This document shows positions 40,646 to 49,758 of a DNA stretch of 64,000 nt, piece by piece. The stretch is from Flavobacteriales bacterium (lineage in GTDB: Bacteria; Bacteroidota; Bacteroidia; UBA10329). Both the position numbers and the translations under genes were made by a program. Position 1 is the first letter of the stretch, and the number at the start of each line of letters is the position of its first letter. The stretch spans positions 4,242-68,241 of the forward strand of contig WGMW01000004.1 in assembly GCA_016124845.1 (NCBI GenBank), in the 5' to 3' direction. The notes beneath the pieces are model-generated. The model was not told where the DNA came from, ran no database searches, and was given only the letters and a program-made list of their open reading frames with translations.

Positions 40646-40867
40646 CTAACGGGTTCGGGTCTTGATAATATCCTTGACACTGCGCTTGCTTGCTGGCCCA
40701 GACCATCCTTTCTCGATTTCCTTTCTCAGATCCTCGATCATACGGTTTCTCAGGGCCTCATGCAGTCTGAGCGCATCGCGCACTACCTCGCTGGCATTCT
40801 GAAAATCGCCCGATTTGATCTGCTCAGCGATGTACTTTTCCTGCTTTTCCGTGAAACTGACGTTCAT
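40646..40867 (-). CDS. parD: ParD family antitoxin (ribbon-helix-helix)
   Basis: MNVSFT...SGDFQNASEVVRDALR; TATCTTTG box on the minus strand at 40893-40900. Confidence 0.9.
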   Translation of the reverse strand: MNVSFTEKQEKYIAEQIKSGDFQNASEVVRDALRLHEALRNRMIEDLRKEIEKGWSGPASKRSVKDIIKTRTR

Positions 40868-41031
40868 AGTTTCCTTCTTTTGAAATACCTCTCAAAGATA
40901 AGCTCGATGTCCGTATTTGACAAATATGGACAGGTGCGCTGTCCACAGAACGAATGAAAGCTCAGCATTAGGACGGGCTCTTCATTCATGCGTACTCGTA
41001 TTGCTATCTTCGCAGGCCAAATTAACAAGCT

Positions 41032-43077
41032 TTGACCGCATACAAACGACATCTGATCACAGCCGCACTGCCATACGCCAACGGCCCCATCCATTTGGGT
41101 CACTTGGCAGGCGCTTACCTGCCATCCGACATTTACGTTCGGTATATGCGTTTGAAGGGTGAAGATGTGCTTTTCGTGTGTGGTTCGGATGAGCACGGAG
41201 CGGCCATTACCATCAAGGCCAAAAAAGAAGGAATTACGCCACAGGAAGTAGTTGACCGCTACGATGCGATCATCCGAAAATCCTTTGCCGATTTTGGAAT
41301 TGATTTCGACATCTATCATCGAACGTCCTCGAAGTTGCATCACGAAACGGCTTCCAACTACTTTTTGGAACTGCTGGAAAAAGATGCGTTCACCGTTCAG
41401 GAAAGCGAGCAGTATTTTGATGAGGAGGCGCAGCAGTTCCTGGCCGACCGATACATCACAGGAACGTGTCCGAAATGTGGCCACGATTCCGCATTTGGTG
41501 ATCAATGCGAGAATTGCGGAAGTGCGTTGAGCCCAACAGAGCTCATCGACCCGAAATCAACACTTAGTGGCAGTAAACCCGTTTTGAAAACCACCAAGCA
41601 CTGGTACTTGCCCATGCAGGACCACGAACAATGGTTGAAGGAATGGATCAACCAGGGAACGCTCGAAGGCAAGCAGCATCACAACCCCAAAGAGTGGAAA
41701 AACCACGTGGTCGGACAGTGCAATTCATGGATCGATGGTGGATTGCAACCGCGCGCCATGACACGCGACCTCGATTGGGGTGTCCGCGTTCCAGTTGAAG
41801 GTGCTGAAGGGAAAGTGCTTTACGTTTGGTTGGATGCACCCATAGGTTACATCAGTGCCACCAAGCAGTGGGCGCTCGACAATGGCAAGAACTGGGAAAC
41901 GTACTGGAAAGACGAGGAAACGCGTTTGGTGCATTTCATCGGCAAGGACAATATTGTTTTCCATTGCATCATCTTCCCCATTTTGCTGAAAGCACATGGC
42001 GAGTTCGTTCTGCCAAATAATGTTCCCGCCAACGAGTTCTTGAATCTGGAAGGACAGAAGCTTTCCACTTCGCGCAACTGGGCAGTTTGGTTGCATGAGT
42101 ACTTGGAGGAATATCCAGACAGGATTGACGCGTTGCGTTATTGTATCACTTCTATTCTTCCAGAAAACAAGGACAGCGAGTTCACGTGGGCTGATTATCA
42201 GGCACGGAACAATAACGAGTTGGTGGCCATTCTGGGCAACTTCGTGAACCGTGCCGTGGTGCTTACGCACAAGTACTTTGAAGGAAAAGTTCCCACTTCT
42301 GACTTCGACCAAGATGTGTTGGATGAAGTGAAAACCCACTACGGTAAGGTTTCGGAGAATTTAGACAAGTTCAATTTTCGTCAGGCATTGAGCGAAGCCA
42401 TGAACGTGTCTCGTATCGGCAATAAATATCTGGCCGATAACGAACCTTGGAAGACAATCAAAATAGACGAAGCTGCGGCTAAAAAGGTCATTGCAACCTC
42501 ACTGGCGATTGCCGAGCATTTAAAGAATTTGATTGCTCCATTCTTGCCAAACACTTCCGAAAAACTTGCTCAAATCCTTAATGTTTCAGCACCGAATTGG
42601 AATGCGGAAAGCACCATCACCGAAGATCATCAATTGAACAAGGCCGAACTGCTTTTCACCAAGTTTGAGGATGAAGAGGTTGAGAAGCAAGTGAATAAGC
42701 TGAAGGAAGCTTCGGCAGCGGCCAAACCAATTGAGCTGGAGCCTGCCAAACCGGAAACCACCTTCGATGTTTTCCAAAAACTCGACATCCGCATAGCGAC
42801 CATACTTGAAGCTGAAAAAGTGGCGAAAACCAAAAAGCTGCTCAAACTGAAAGTGGATACGGGTTCTGATCAACGTACCGTTGTTTCCGGAATTGCAGAA
42901 TTCTACTCGCCCGAAGAAATTATCGGAAAACAGGTCTGTCTGTTGGCCAACCTCGCCCCACGCGACATCAAAGGCATTACCAGCCAAGGCATGATCCTGA
43001 TGGCAGAAAGTCCTGATGGAAAACTGTCTTTTTTGCTTCCGAGCCAAGCGGTAGCCAATGGCTCATCCATAAGTTAG
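41032..43077 (+). CDS. metG: methionine--tRNA ligase
   Basis: [13 protein letters not shown], Zn knuckles, KLSTS, C-terminal tRNA-binding domain; TTG start. Confidence 0.97.
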   Translation: MTAYKRHLITAALPYANGPIHLGHLAGAYLPSDIYVRYMRLKGEDVLFVCGSDEHGAAITIKAKKEGITPQEVVDRYDAIIRKSFADFGIDFDIYHRTSSKLHHETASNYFLELLEKDAFTVQESEQYFDEEAQQFLADRYITGTCPKCGHDSAFGDQCENCGSALSPTELIDPKSTLSGSKPVLKTTKHWYLPMQDHEQWLKEWINQGTLEGKQHHNPKEWKNHVVGQCNSWIDGGLQPRAMTRDLDWGVRVPVEGAEGKVLYVWLDAPIGYISATKQWALDNGKNWETYWKDEETRLVHFIGKDNIVFHCIIFPILLKAHGEFVLPNNVPANEFLNLEGQKLSTSRNWAVWLHEYLEEYPDRIDALRYCITSILPENKDSEFTWADYQARNNNELVAILGNFVNRAVVLTHKYFEGKVPTSDFDQDVLDEVKTHYGKVSENLDKFNFRQALSEAMNVSRIGNKYLADNEPWKTIKIDEAAAKKVIATSLAIAEHLKNLIAPFLPNTSEKLAQILNVSAPNWNAESTITEDHQLNKAELLFTKFEDEEVEKQVNKLKEASAAAKPIELEPAKPETTFDVFQKLDIRIATILEAEKVAKTKKLLKLKVDTGSDQRTVVSGIAEFYSPEEIIGKQVCLLANLAPRDIKGITSQGMILMAESPDGKLSFLLPSQAVANGSSIS

Positions 43078-43106
43078 AAGGGGTTATTTTTGCCCCGCCT
43101 TTCGGC

Positions 43107-43151
43107 AATGGCCTCGTAGTTCAATGGATAGAATAGAAGTTTCCTAAACTT
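43107..43151 (+). repeat. left attachment site: 5' fragment of tRNA-Arg(CCT)
   Basis: 45-bp direct repeat of 49675-49719 with one mismatch; the tRNA sequence stops after the anticodon arm; TATTTTTG box at 43085-43092 upstream. Confidence 0.9.
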
Positions 43152-43261
43152 GGTCAATATAACACATTGATTTTCAAATAAGTAAGCAAGTTTTTATCGA
43201 GCTTATTGTCAAACATTTAAGGTACCGCTCTTTTATGTTTACGCAGCTAGAAAATAATTGA

Positions 43262-43290
43262 AATCGGATCACGCATAGCGTGATCCGATT
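43262..43290. repeat. hairpin with GATCACGC arms
   Basis: AATCGGATCACGC-ATA-GCGTGATCCGATT, 13-bp stem. Confidence 0.7.
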
Positions 43291-43298
43291 CATCACAT

Positions 43299-43784
43299 TT
43301 ACTCTTCAATGACAATGACATCATTGAATGTTGTACTGAATTGCTCAACCTGATGGGTTGGAACTATGACCACGATTCTTTCAGCGCCTAGCGCATGAGC
43401 AACACTCAATCGATGTTTGCCGTCATGAACCCAAATCTTGTTAGGCATTGGATGGGCTTGGAAATGCTTGTCTCTAAACAGCACCATAGGTGGTGTTAGT
43501 GGAACAGCCTCTTCCCATTCCAAAAGAATCTCGCATAGGGTTTCTCGGATTTGGTCACGTCTAAAAAGATGTGGTTCCCTCACGATTGGGGCGTACAATT
43601 CATCAAAGTGCTGTACCAAGTCGTCCATTGGAACTTCAATTATTGATAGCCCTTCTGGAATGATTCGTTGTACAGGTGCGTTGATGTGTTCATCGATGTC
43701 ATCAATGTCATTGAACGACCTGTGAAAAATTGGTTCAACCTGAGCAAAATGCCCATGGTTAAATAGTCTAATTACTTCTTCCAT
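43299..43784 (-). CDS. ParB/Srx-like domain protein
   Basis: LTPPMV...IWVHDGKHRLSVAHALG (DGxHR motif). Confidence 0.6.
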   Translation of the reverse strand: MEEVIRLFNHGHFAQVEPIFHRSFNDIDDIDEHINAPVQRIIPEGLSIIEVPMDDLVQHFDELYAPIVREPHLFRRDQIRETLCEILLEWEEAVPLTPPMVLFRDKHFQAHPMPNKIWVHDGKHRLSVAHALGAERIVVIVPTHQVEQFSTTFNDVIVIEE

Positions 43785-44119
43785 TGCTTTGAAGATTTCG
43801 TTTATAAAGTATCTCGGAACCAGTGTCCCTTGATACTATTAGAAGGAAATGTCAAAATGTTTCACCTATGCTGAAGAAATTCAAGAAGCCCCATTCCGCT
43901 TGACAGGAACTCCCAAGCGCAAAAAACCAATACAATCGCTAAAACCACCAAGCTGTAAACGAGAATTGCCTTACCTAGTTCGTCCTGTTGACCGTCATTC
44001 ATTGGGTTAAACCGTATCAAACGTGCTGGTGTATCAAAAAATCCTTGAGACAGGAAAGATACAGCGAGCTAGAGCGTATCTCGTTTATTCTTTTGAAACT
44101 CCTGATACACCTTTTAACC

Positions 44120-44497
44120 TTACTCTATACCTTTTCGAAATCTTGCTAACGCGTACCCGATTATACTTCCAAATAATGTTCCTAGCGTACAGTCGGTAAT
44201 GTTCTCGGTATATCCAAGAATGCATATTGGTATTACCACAGCCAGAATAGTTGCTAAATCGAACGCGTACTTCCACCACTTGGGATTAAACAGGTCGGCA
44301 AGGGATTTGCCTATTTGTCCGAATACAGGTGTGACCTTTTCTATTATCTCGGCAAGCTGTAGTTGTTTGGCTTGTTCCTCAAGTACTGAGGTCATTTGAG
44401 TAACCTGCTGCTTCAGTCCTTGATTCTCTTTGGTTAACTGTTCAATGATGTCTTCTGGTCGTGCTTCTGGTTGATGTTCCTGTTCTTCTTTGCTCAT
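44120..44497 (-). CDS. hypothetical coiled-coil plus 2-TM protein
   Basis: heptad N-half, two hydrophobic helices at the C-end. Confidence 0.65.
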   Translation of the reverse strand: MSKEEQEHQPEARPEDIIEQLTKENQGLKQQVTQMTSVLEEQAKQLQLAEIIEKVTPVFGQIGKSLADLFNPKWWKYAFDLATILAVVIPICILGYTENITDCTLGTLFGSIIGYALARFRKGIE

Positions 44498-44603
44498 GGT
44501 GGGGAGAATTATTTAGAAGTCCGTGATTGCAACCATCGTGCCACTAAGAAGCCAAGAATACAATAGTTTTTGAATTTGTAATAAAATTAGTTACATTAGT
44601 ACC

Positions 44604-45242
44604 ATGAAAGAAAAAGCAATAATCATATCAAGGTGTTCTACTAATGAGAACCGTCAGGATGTAACCCGTCAGTCAGAGGAACTACGGTCTAAGTATGGGC
44701 AATCGTATACTCTGGTCAAAGAATTCAGCTACTACCAATCAGGTACTAAGAATGACCAGGTGAATGATGAGATATTGGAATACGCCATTGCCAATGATGT
44801 TAAGCATATCATCGCACTCGAAATTTCACGGATTTCTCGTAAGATTTCATCGTTTGCCCTCTTCCTAGAAAATTGCAATTCTCGCCACATCAACATAATC
44901 ATAGATAACTTCGGTATGCACACCTTGCTTCCAGATGGAACGCAGAACGCCTTAATTCAGAGTACGCTTAGTATCGCGAGTGCCTTTAGTTCAATGGAGC
45001 TATCGTTGATAAAATCGAGATTGGACAGTGGACGGGAAAAATATATCCGTGATGGTGGTAAACTGGGGCGTAAGGTAGGTTCGACCGAAAGCGATGCCAC
45101 AACCCTCCAAAAACATTCGGACGTGGTAAAATACTTGAGACAACGGCAATCGGTTCGCATCACTATGAAACTCACAGGAAAAAGTAGTGGTACGGTTCAG
45201 AAGGTAAAACGAATTCTTTCAAGCACGAAGAAAGCCGCGTAA
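44604..45242 (+). CDS. small serine recombinase (resolvase/invertase)
   Basis: IISRCST...QDVTRQ, EISRISR, E..LIKSRLDSG, GGKLGRK, C-terminal HTH. Confidence 0.92.
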   Translation: MKEKAIIISRCSTNENRQDVTRQSEELRSKYGQSYTLVKEFSYYQSGTKNDQVNDEILEYAIANDVKHIIALEISRISRKISSFALFLENCNSRHINIIIDNFGMHTLLPDGTQNALIQSTLSIASAFSSMELSLIKSRLDSGREKYIRDGGKLGRKVGSTESDATTLQKHSDVVKYLRQRQSVRITMKLTGKSSGTVQKVKRILSSTKKAA

Positions 45243-45258
45243 TTCACGCGGCTTTCTT
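45228..45258. repeat. GCCGCGT-N5-ACGCGGC hairpin, family copy 1
   Basis: AAGAAAGCCGCGT-AATTC-ACGCGGCTTTCTT overlapping the resolvase stop codon. Confidence 0.8.
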
Positions 45259-45277
45259 ATAAGCCAAATGCTTCTGT

Positions 45278-45712
45278 TCACTTGGAACGCCTAGATTCCA
45301 CTCCCTCCTTAAATCCCTTGCAATAGCAGGGCGTTGGATTTATAAGTGAGTTGGCTGATTGATTGTGTCTCTGAACATAACTATGACAGCAACTGCTACA
45401 GTCACTACCCATATCAGAAACCATCTGACCAGCCGCAAAGCCTCGGTCATAGTCTGCTGGTCTACTACTACAATCTATGGCTTTTGGGGAATCACCACCA
45501 GTCAATTCAGCAAACCCAATCACCACCACAAGTGTTAAACACAACGTTATATACATGGAAGCCAGTAGTATCGACATCCTTCCCTTAGTAAATGCCTCCC
45601 ATACACCTACTTTCGCTATGTGCCCTTGATTCTCTCTATAGAACTTCTGAAGCAAATAAATGCTGTAAAGCAGCAGCAGAAGAAAGATTCCATTTATCAC
45701 CCAAACCATCAT
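45278..45712 (-). CDS. hypothetical 2-TM protein with Cys-rich C-terminal domain
   Basis: two hydrophobic segments; CSS, CSSCC, CYC. Confidence 0.65.
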   Translation of the reverse strand: MMVWVINGIFLLLLLYSIYLLQKFYRENQGHIAKVGVWEAFTKGRMSILLASMYITLCLTLVVVIGFAELTGGDSPKAIDCSSRPADYDRGFAAGQMVSDMGSDCSSCCHSYVQRHNQSANSLINPTPCYCKGFKEGVESRRSK

Positions 45713-45737
45713 TAAATCTAAGGATTACAATTGGAGG

Positions 45738-45763
45738 GAAAGCCGCGTGATCACGCGGCTTTC
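45738..45763. repeat. perfect 26-bp palindrome, family copy 2
   Basis: GAAAGCCGCGTGATCACGCGGCTTTC. Confidence 0.85.
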
Positions 45764-45778
45764 TCCATTAATATTTGT

Positions 45779-46021
45779 TCAATCACATGAACAGGTGGTT
45801 TGTGCATCACCAAGTTCGTTTTCCACCCAGTCTGTCCATTCTTCGGCATCATCAAACAGTGGGTTATTATCGGAAATGTCTTCCCAGCAAACGCCTTGTT
45901 CATAATTGGCGTAAATCGGAGTGTTCACATCTGAACATTGACAACATGGGTTTGAATTCTGACTGCATGATACAAGCAGAAGTGAGACAACCAGTAGAGG
46001 TAATGCATTGATTCTTTTCAT
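45779..46021 (-). CDS. small acidic Cys-rich lipoprotein
   Basis: MKR..LLLVSC lipobox, six further Cys. Confidence 0.65.
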   Translation of the reverse strand: MKRINALPLLVVSLLLVSCSQNSNPCCQCSDVNTPIYANYEQGVCWEDISDNNPLFDDAEEWTDWVENELGDAQTTCSCD

Positions 46022-46118
46022 GTGTTGTGATTTGGATTAATAGTTCCCCGTAAACATATAAAAATAGGTTCACATGTGAACCTATTGGGTCGAGGTCTCA
46101 TTTGCACCTTTCCAGTTC

Positions 46119-46346
46119 ATGGAATCTGAACGGGAAGTAACATTTCGAACGGCATTTGGGGAGCGTGTGAGACGTTTACGAATTGAAAAGGGGCTAAGCC
46201 AATACCAACTGGCGGACATTAGCAATCTGGACAGGTCAACCATCAAAAGAGTGGAAGCTGGCACAATAAACACCACTTTGGAAACCGCAAAGGCTATTGC
46301 CGAGGCTCTCGGAATGACACTAAGCGAGTTGGTTGACCTTGGTTAA
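46119..46346 (+). CDS. XRE family HTH regulator
   Basis: FGERVRRLRIEKGLSQYQLA...IKRVEAG. Confidence 0.9.
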   Translation: MESEREVTFRTAFGERVRRLRIEKGLSQYQLADISNLDRSTIKRVEAGTINTTLETAKAIAEALGMTLSELVDLG

Positions 46347-46375
46347 TTGCATGGTATAAATCATTATCGGTATGA

Positions 46376-46409
46376 AGGAAAGAGCCGCGTGATCACGCGG
46401 CTCTTTCCT
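46376..46409. repeat. perfect 34-bp palindrome, family copy 3
   Basis: AGGAAAGAGCCGCGTGATCACGCGGCTCTTTCCT. Confidence 0.85.
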
Positions 46410-46413
46410 CTTA

Positions 46414-46566
46414 TTAAATCTCTAGTTGTTGCTGAATCTGTCCTATTTCTTTCCGCAGCTTTAGAATCATCAACTGTTTGCGGTATCGTTCTTTCTTAGC
46501 TAAATCGGTTTCCACCTCCACTTTTTTCTCGGCAACCGCTATTCTGCTGTCTATGTCATCTGTCAT
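46414..46566 (-). CDS. 50-aa coiled-coil protein (below the ORF-track cut-off)
   Basis: hand translation MTDDIDSRIAVAEKKVEVETDLAKKERYRKQLMILKLRKEIGQIQQQLEI. Confidence 0.5.
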   Translation of the reverse strand: MTDDIDSRIAVAEKKVEVETDLAKKERYRKQLMILKLRKEIGQIQQQLEI

Positions 46567-46759
46567 ATCACTTCCTCTTCAATTGTCCTCCACGATGCGG
46601 AGGTTATTCGTCAAATTCATCATAGCGAACACGTGTTCATATCTCCCCTTTTTGGTACAGATTTTCCAAAAAATTTGCGAGGCACATGACCCGTGTTTTG
46701 TACATGATTTACATTCATCACCGATGAGTTAGGTTACGTAGTCCCCGGTCCCCTCCCCG

Positions 46760-46963
46760 TCAATCGTAGGCAGGGGGGTGTAGTGTAAACTCAATTTGTT
46801 GGTAAAGCTCACGTAAAACTTTCTTCCGTTTCTCTGGTATCTGTTTCAACCATGCGTATGACCCTGTGGCAGTTTTTGCCTCTTCCAAGTCCCTGAACAA
46901 CCTTGGATAACCATATTGTAAGACGGCTTGGTCAAATATGTCTAATTCGTAATTCTCACTCAT
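46760..46963 (-). CDS. hypothetical protein coupled to the HUH gene
   Basis: 67 aa; start overlaps the end of 46956-47492. Confidence 0.55.
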   Translation of the reverse strand: MSENYELDIFDQAVLQYGYPRLFRDLEEAKTATGSYAWLKQIPEKRKKVLRELYQQIEFTLHPPAYD

Positions 46964-47492
46964 AATCTTTCGTTTTAATAGTGGTTATGGAGACCCCCGT
47001 TTTGGTGATGTATTCTATCCATCGTTCCAAGTCGTGAACCTCTTGCTGGTAATAGTTCATTTCTGAAAATGCCGTTTTCAATAGTTGTACAAACTGATTT
47101 CGGTCTTCTGCTTTGTAGTAGGCATGAATGTGATTATGCTTGTTTACCAAGCCCTGCTCGATGGTGTAGTGGATTTCCACGTCCTTGTATCCCATTCCTC
47201 TTACTGCGTACCCGATAAGCTCGTGTATGTCACTTTCGCTAATCGGTGTGTTTGGGTCTATCGTTAACGAATAATACCCTGATGACCTTGGCAACTTACG
47301 TTTTCGCTTTCGTTGCCTCTTGAATACAGGTATTAGCATGTCGTGTATTCTCCATCCGTTCATGCCATCCTTGTATAGTACAGTTTCTGGTTTGGTCTCA
47401 GATAATTGTGCTGCAATCTTCCTTACTTGTCTCACACTGAGGTCTGTTTTCTCTGCTACCTCTTGAGTTGTGTATTCTTCCTTTCTAATCAT
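46956..47492 (-). CDS. HTH-fused HUH endonuclease (rolling-circle Rep/relaxase-like)
   Basis: N-terminal YTTQEVAEKTDLSVRQVRK HTH; YSLTIDP, EQG..HNHIHAYY and WIEYITK in motif I-II-III order. Confidence 0.7.
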   Translation of the reverse strand: MIRKEEYTTQEVAEKTDLSVRQVRKIAAQLSETKPETVLYKDGMNGWRIHDMLIPVFKRQRKRKRKLPRSSGYYSLTIDPNTPISESDIHELIGYAVRGMGYKDVEIHYTIEQGLVNKHNHIHAYYKAEDRNQFVQLLKTAFSEMNYYQQEVHDLERWIEYITKTGVSITTIKTKDYE

Positions 47493-47502
47493 TCTTTAAT
47501 CT

Positions 47503-47637
47503 TTAATTAAGTCCATGTCACACCCTAGTCGGAGTATCATTTGACCTCTAGCGTGACTTGGTTATTTATATATAAATAGGACGGTCTTAGTCAAAAGACC
47601 GATGTCGGACTGAAAAAGTCTGCCGAGACTTAATTAA
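47503..47637. other. candidate origin: symmetric multi-hairpin region
   Basis: TTAATTAAGTC / GACTTAATTAA terminal inverted repeat centred on the palindrome TATTTATATATAAATA (47563-47578). Confidence 0.45.
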
Positions 47638-47912
47638 CCGAATATTTCAAGTACAAACCGTAACATTTGGTCAGTCTTGTGGTGACGTTTTGGACGCCTG
47701 AAAATGTGGTTTTAGAGCGTAACCATAATTTTAGATGGATAACCATCAACGCTTCTGATGAATCGGCAACTGGCTTAGGTTACGACTACCAGTTATTCAG
47801 GAGAAACAACAAACCGTTCGGTTCTAAAGCAAACATATCACGGATTTTTGACACTTTCCACAATTTGGATGAATTCGGGTGAAATTTGTTATGGATTGTA
47901 CCGCATTTCTAT

Positions 47913-49571
47913 TCACAAATCGAATTGGTCTCCCAGTGCTTTCAATACACTATCCGTTCGACCATCGTTAAACCCTGTCTTAAGATATGCATCTGTGACA
48001 CCCAATGAAGAATGTGCCATTGCTTTAGAAACATCCATGGTTGAAGCACCAGAATTCATCATAATGTTTGCAAAAGAAGTCCTTGGTAAATGAGTGCTGA
48101 ACGTCCTATCGATTCCAATGTGCTTCTGTAACTGCTTCAGGTGGCGATTGTAAACAATACCAGCTTTGGTGACTTTTAGGTACTGCTGTTCGTCTATGAT
48201 GGAGAAATCGTTCTGCTTACCAACGTTGGCAAAGTCCGAATCTTTAAGCATTCCAAAAACGAATCTAGTGGAGGTTCGTTCGTTTGTTGCGAACTCATTA
48301 ATAACGCCAACGCTATTATCAAAATGAATCCTGTTGAGTTCGGCTATTCGGGTTTTTATTTGCGTGACGAGGCTCTTGTAGAATAGCTCATAGTTCGCAT
48401 AGAGAGAGCTAAAGTCAAACTTGTATAAAGAATACGTGATACGTCCTTCTGATTCAACAAACTTACAAAGACAGCCCAGTTCTGTCTTTAGTTCTTCCAA
48501 TGTCATAGACATGATGACCTTTGCTGAATGCAACCAATACGACTTGTCAATAGCTACGCTAAGTGGCACATTTCCAATCAATTCATCTGGAAACCCATAC
48601 GGTGGTGTCGGTAACATGCCATATTGCATTTGTTGTAAAAGCCGTAGCCGTTCTTGTTGGAGTGCACTAACATCAGCCTGAGCCTCTATCGGAGCATTTA
48701 CATCCACTTCAAGCCCCAGCAGCCGCTTTAATAAATCCAAAATGATGTCCGTAATAGCAATATCGACAATCGCATTGGTTTTGAACATATTATAGACGAT
48801 TCTACCATTATGAAGATTTCCATACCTCAGAGTAACGAGGTCTGACACCCTCATTCCACCTGTGAAGAACTGAAATAGAAATAGGTCGCGAGCCTTAGAT
48901 AAGCGAGGAATATCAATTTTAGAATCTATAAGTTTAGTTATGTCATCTCGGTACAAACTTTCCTTCCTTTTCGGTTGTTTACGCCCATAATCATATGAAT
49001 AGAAAGGGTTGTTCCCAACAATCACGCTTTTGTCCTTTTTCGCGTGACCATAGATAACCTGTAATATTTTGAGATAATGAGTGGCAGTATTGGATTCCAT
49101 GCCCCCCTTCTTCATATAGAACCGAAATTGGTCTAAGAAATCTTGGGTCAACTCGGAGAACAACAAATCCGTCTTGCTCTCCGATGCCAAGAACTTCTTT
49201 AGTTTTTTGTACACGGTCTGAAGTTTTATTCGCGTACCCGTTTTATCCTTCAGCTTCGCACTGTTCAAATACCCTTGGTAAAACGCTAGAAATGATGCCT
49301 TACTGTTGGCACCATCGTATGTGTCGAACGACCTACCATCAGCCAACACCACCGAAAGGTGCTGCTCAATAGTGTCGTTGTATCCCTGGTAATCAATTTT
49401 AACCGACTTCTTGACCCTTTGTTTGACCTTATCCCAGTACTTAATGTCTAATGGAGGCAGTTTTAATGACCTTACACTGCTTTTGCGGTTTTCAACTCGC
49501 TGAAGGAACAAGTAGCCAAGAGTGTCATCTTTACTAATTTTGCGAAATATGACCTTGATACTTGAACTCAT
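47913..49571 (-). CDS. tyrosine recombinase/integrase
   Basis: GGMRVSD (R), MFKT (K), THLPRTSFA (HxxR), MAHSS...TDAY (H,Y); TAGCTTTG box on the minus strand at 49596-49603. Confidence 0.93.
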   Translation of the reverse strand: MSSSIKVIFRKISKDDTLGYLFLQRVENRKSSVRSLKLPPLDIKYWDKVKQRVKKSVKIDYQGYNDTIEQHLSVVLADGRSFDTYDGANSKASFLAFYQGYLNSAKLKDKTGTRIKLQTVYKKLKKFLASESKTDLLFSELTQDFLDQFRFYMKKGGMESNTATHYLKILQVIYGHAKKDKSVIVGNNPFYSYDYGRKQPKRKESLYRDDITKLIDSKIDIPRLSKARDLFLFQFFTGGMRVSDLVTLRYGNLHNGRIVYNMFKTNAIVDIAITDIILDLLKRLLGLEVDVNAPIEAQADVSALQQERLRLLQQMQYGMLPTPPYGFPDELIGNVPLSVAIDKSYWLHSAKVIMSMTLEELKTELGCLCKFVESEGRITYSLYKFDFSSLYANYELFYKSLVTQIKTRIAELNRIHFDNSVGVINEFATNERTSTRFVFGMLKDSDFANVGKQNDFSIIDEQQYLKVTKAGIVYNRHLKQLQKHIGIDRTFSTHLPRTSFANIMMNSGASTMDVSKAMAHSSLGVTDAYLKTGFNDGRTDSVLKALGDQFDL

Positions 49572-49677
49572 CAGTTTTGTCGAACAATTGTCAAACAAAG
49601 CTAGTATGTTCTACAAAAAATGAAGAATGTTTGATAATCAATAATCATATAAACTACTGATATTCAGTAGGTATAAT

Positions 49678-49752
49678 GGCTTCGTAGTTCAATGGATAGA
49701 ATAGAAGTTTCCTAAACTTTTGATACAGGTTCGATTCCTGTCGAGGCTACCA
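49678..49752 (+). tRNA. tRNA-Arg(CCT), reconstituted at the right attachment site
   Basis: full cloverleaf: GGCTTCG/CGAGGCT acceptor, TTCCTAA loop, ACAGG-TTCGATT-CCTGT T arm, encoded CCA. Confidence 0.95.
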
Positions 49753-49758
49753 ACCAAT

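Larger units (their letters stand above)
43107..49719. mobile_element. tRNA-Arg(CCT)-integrated element (~6.6 kb) with tyrosine integrase, serine resolvase and HUH initiator
   Basis: flanking direct repeats, integrase next to the right end, visibly more AT-rich than the flanks, orphan cargo. Confidence 0.88.

Noticed and set aside
43110-43151. Second complete tRNA-Arg gene
   Set aside because: The sequence diverges right after the anticodon arm, with no T arm or 3' acceptor strand. It is an att fragment.
45228-46409. CRISPR array or integron attC array
   Set aside because: Spacing is hundreds of bases with genes in between, there are no cas genes, and the palindromes lack attC-type R boxes and extrahelical bases. 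No CRISPR array was seen anywhere in the window.
47667-47882. 71-aa TTG-start ORF inside the island
   Set aside because: Weak start and no recognisable motif; it may be a remnant but cannot be supported.
43152-49677. Prophage
   Set aside because: No capsid, terminase, tail, Zot-like ATPase or lysis genes recognisable.
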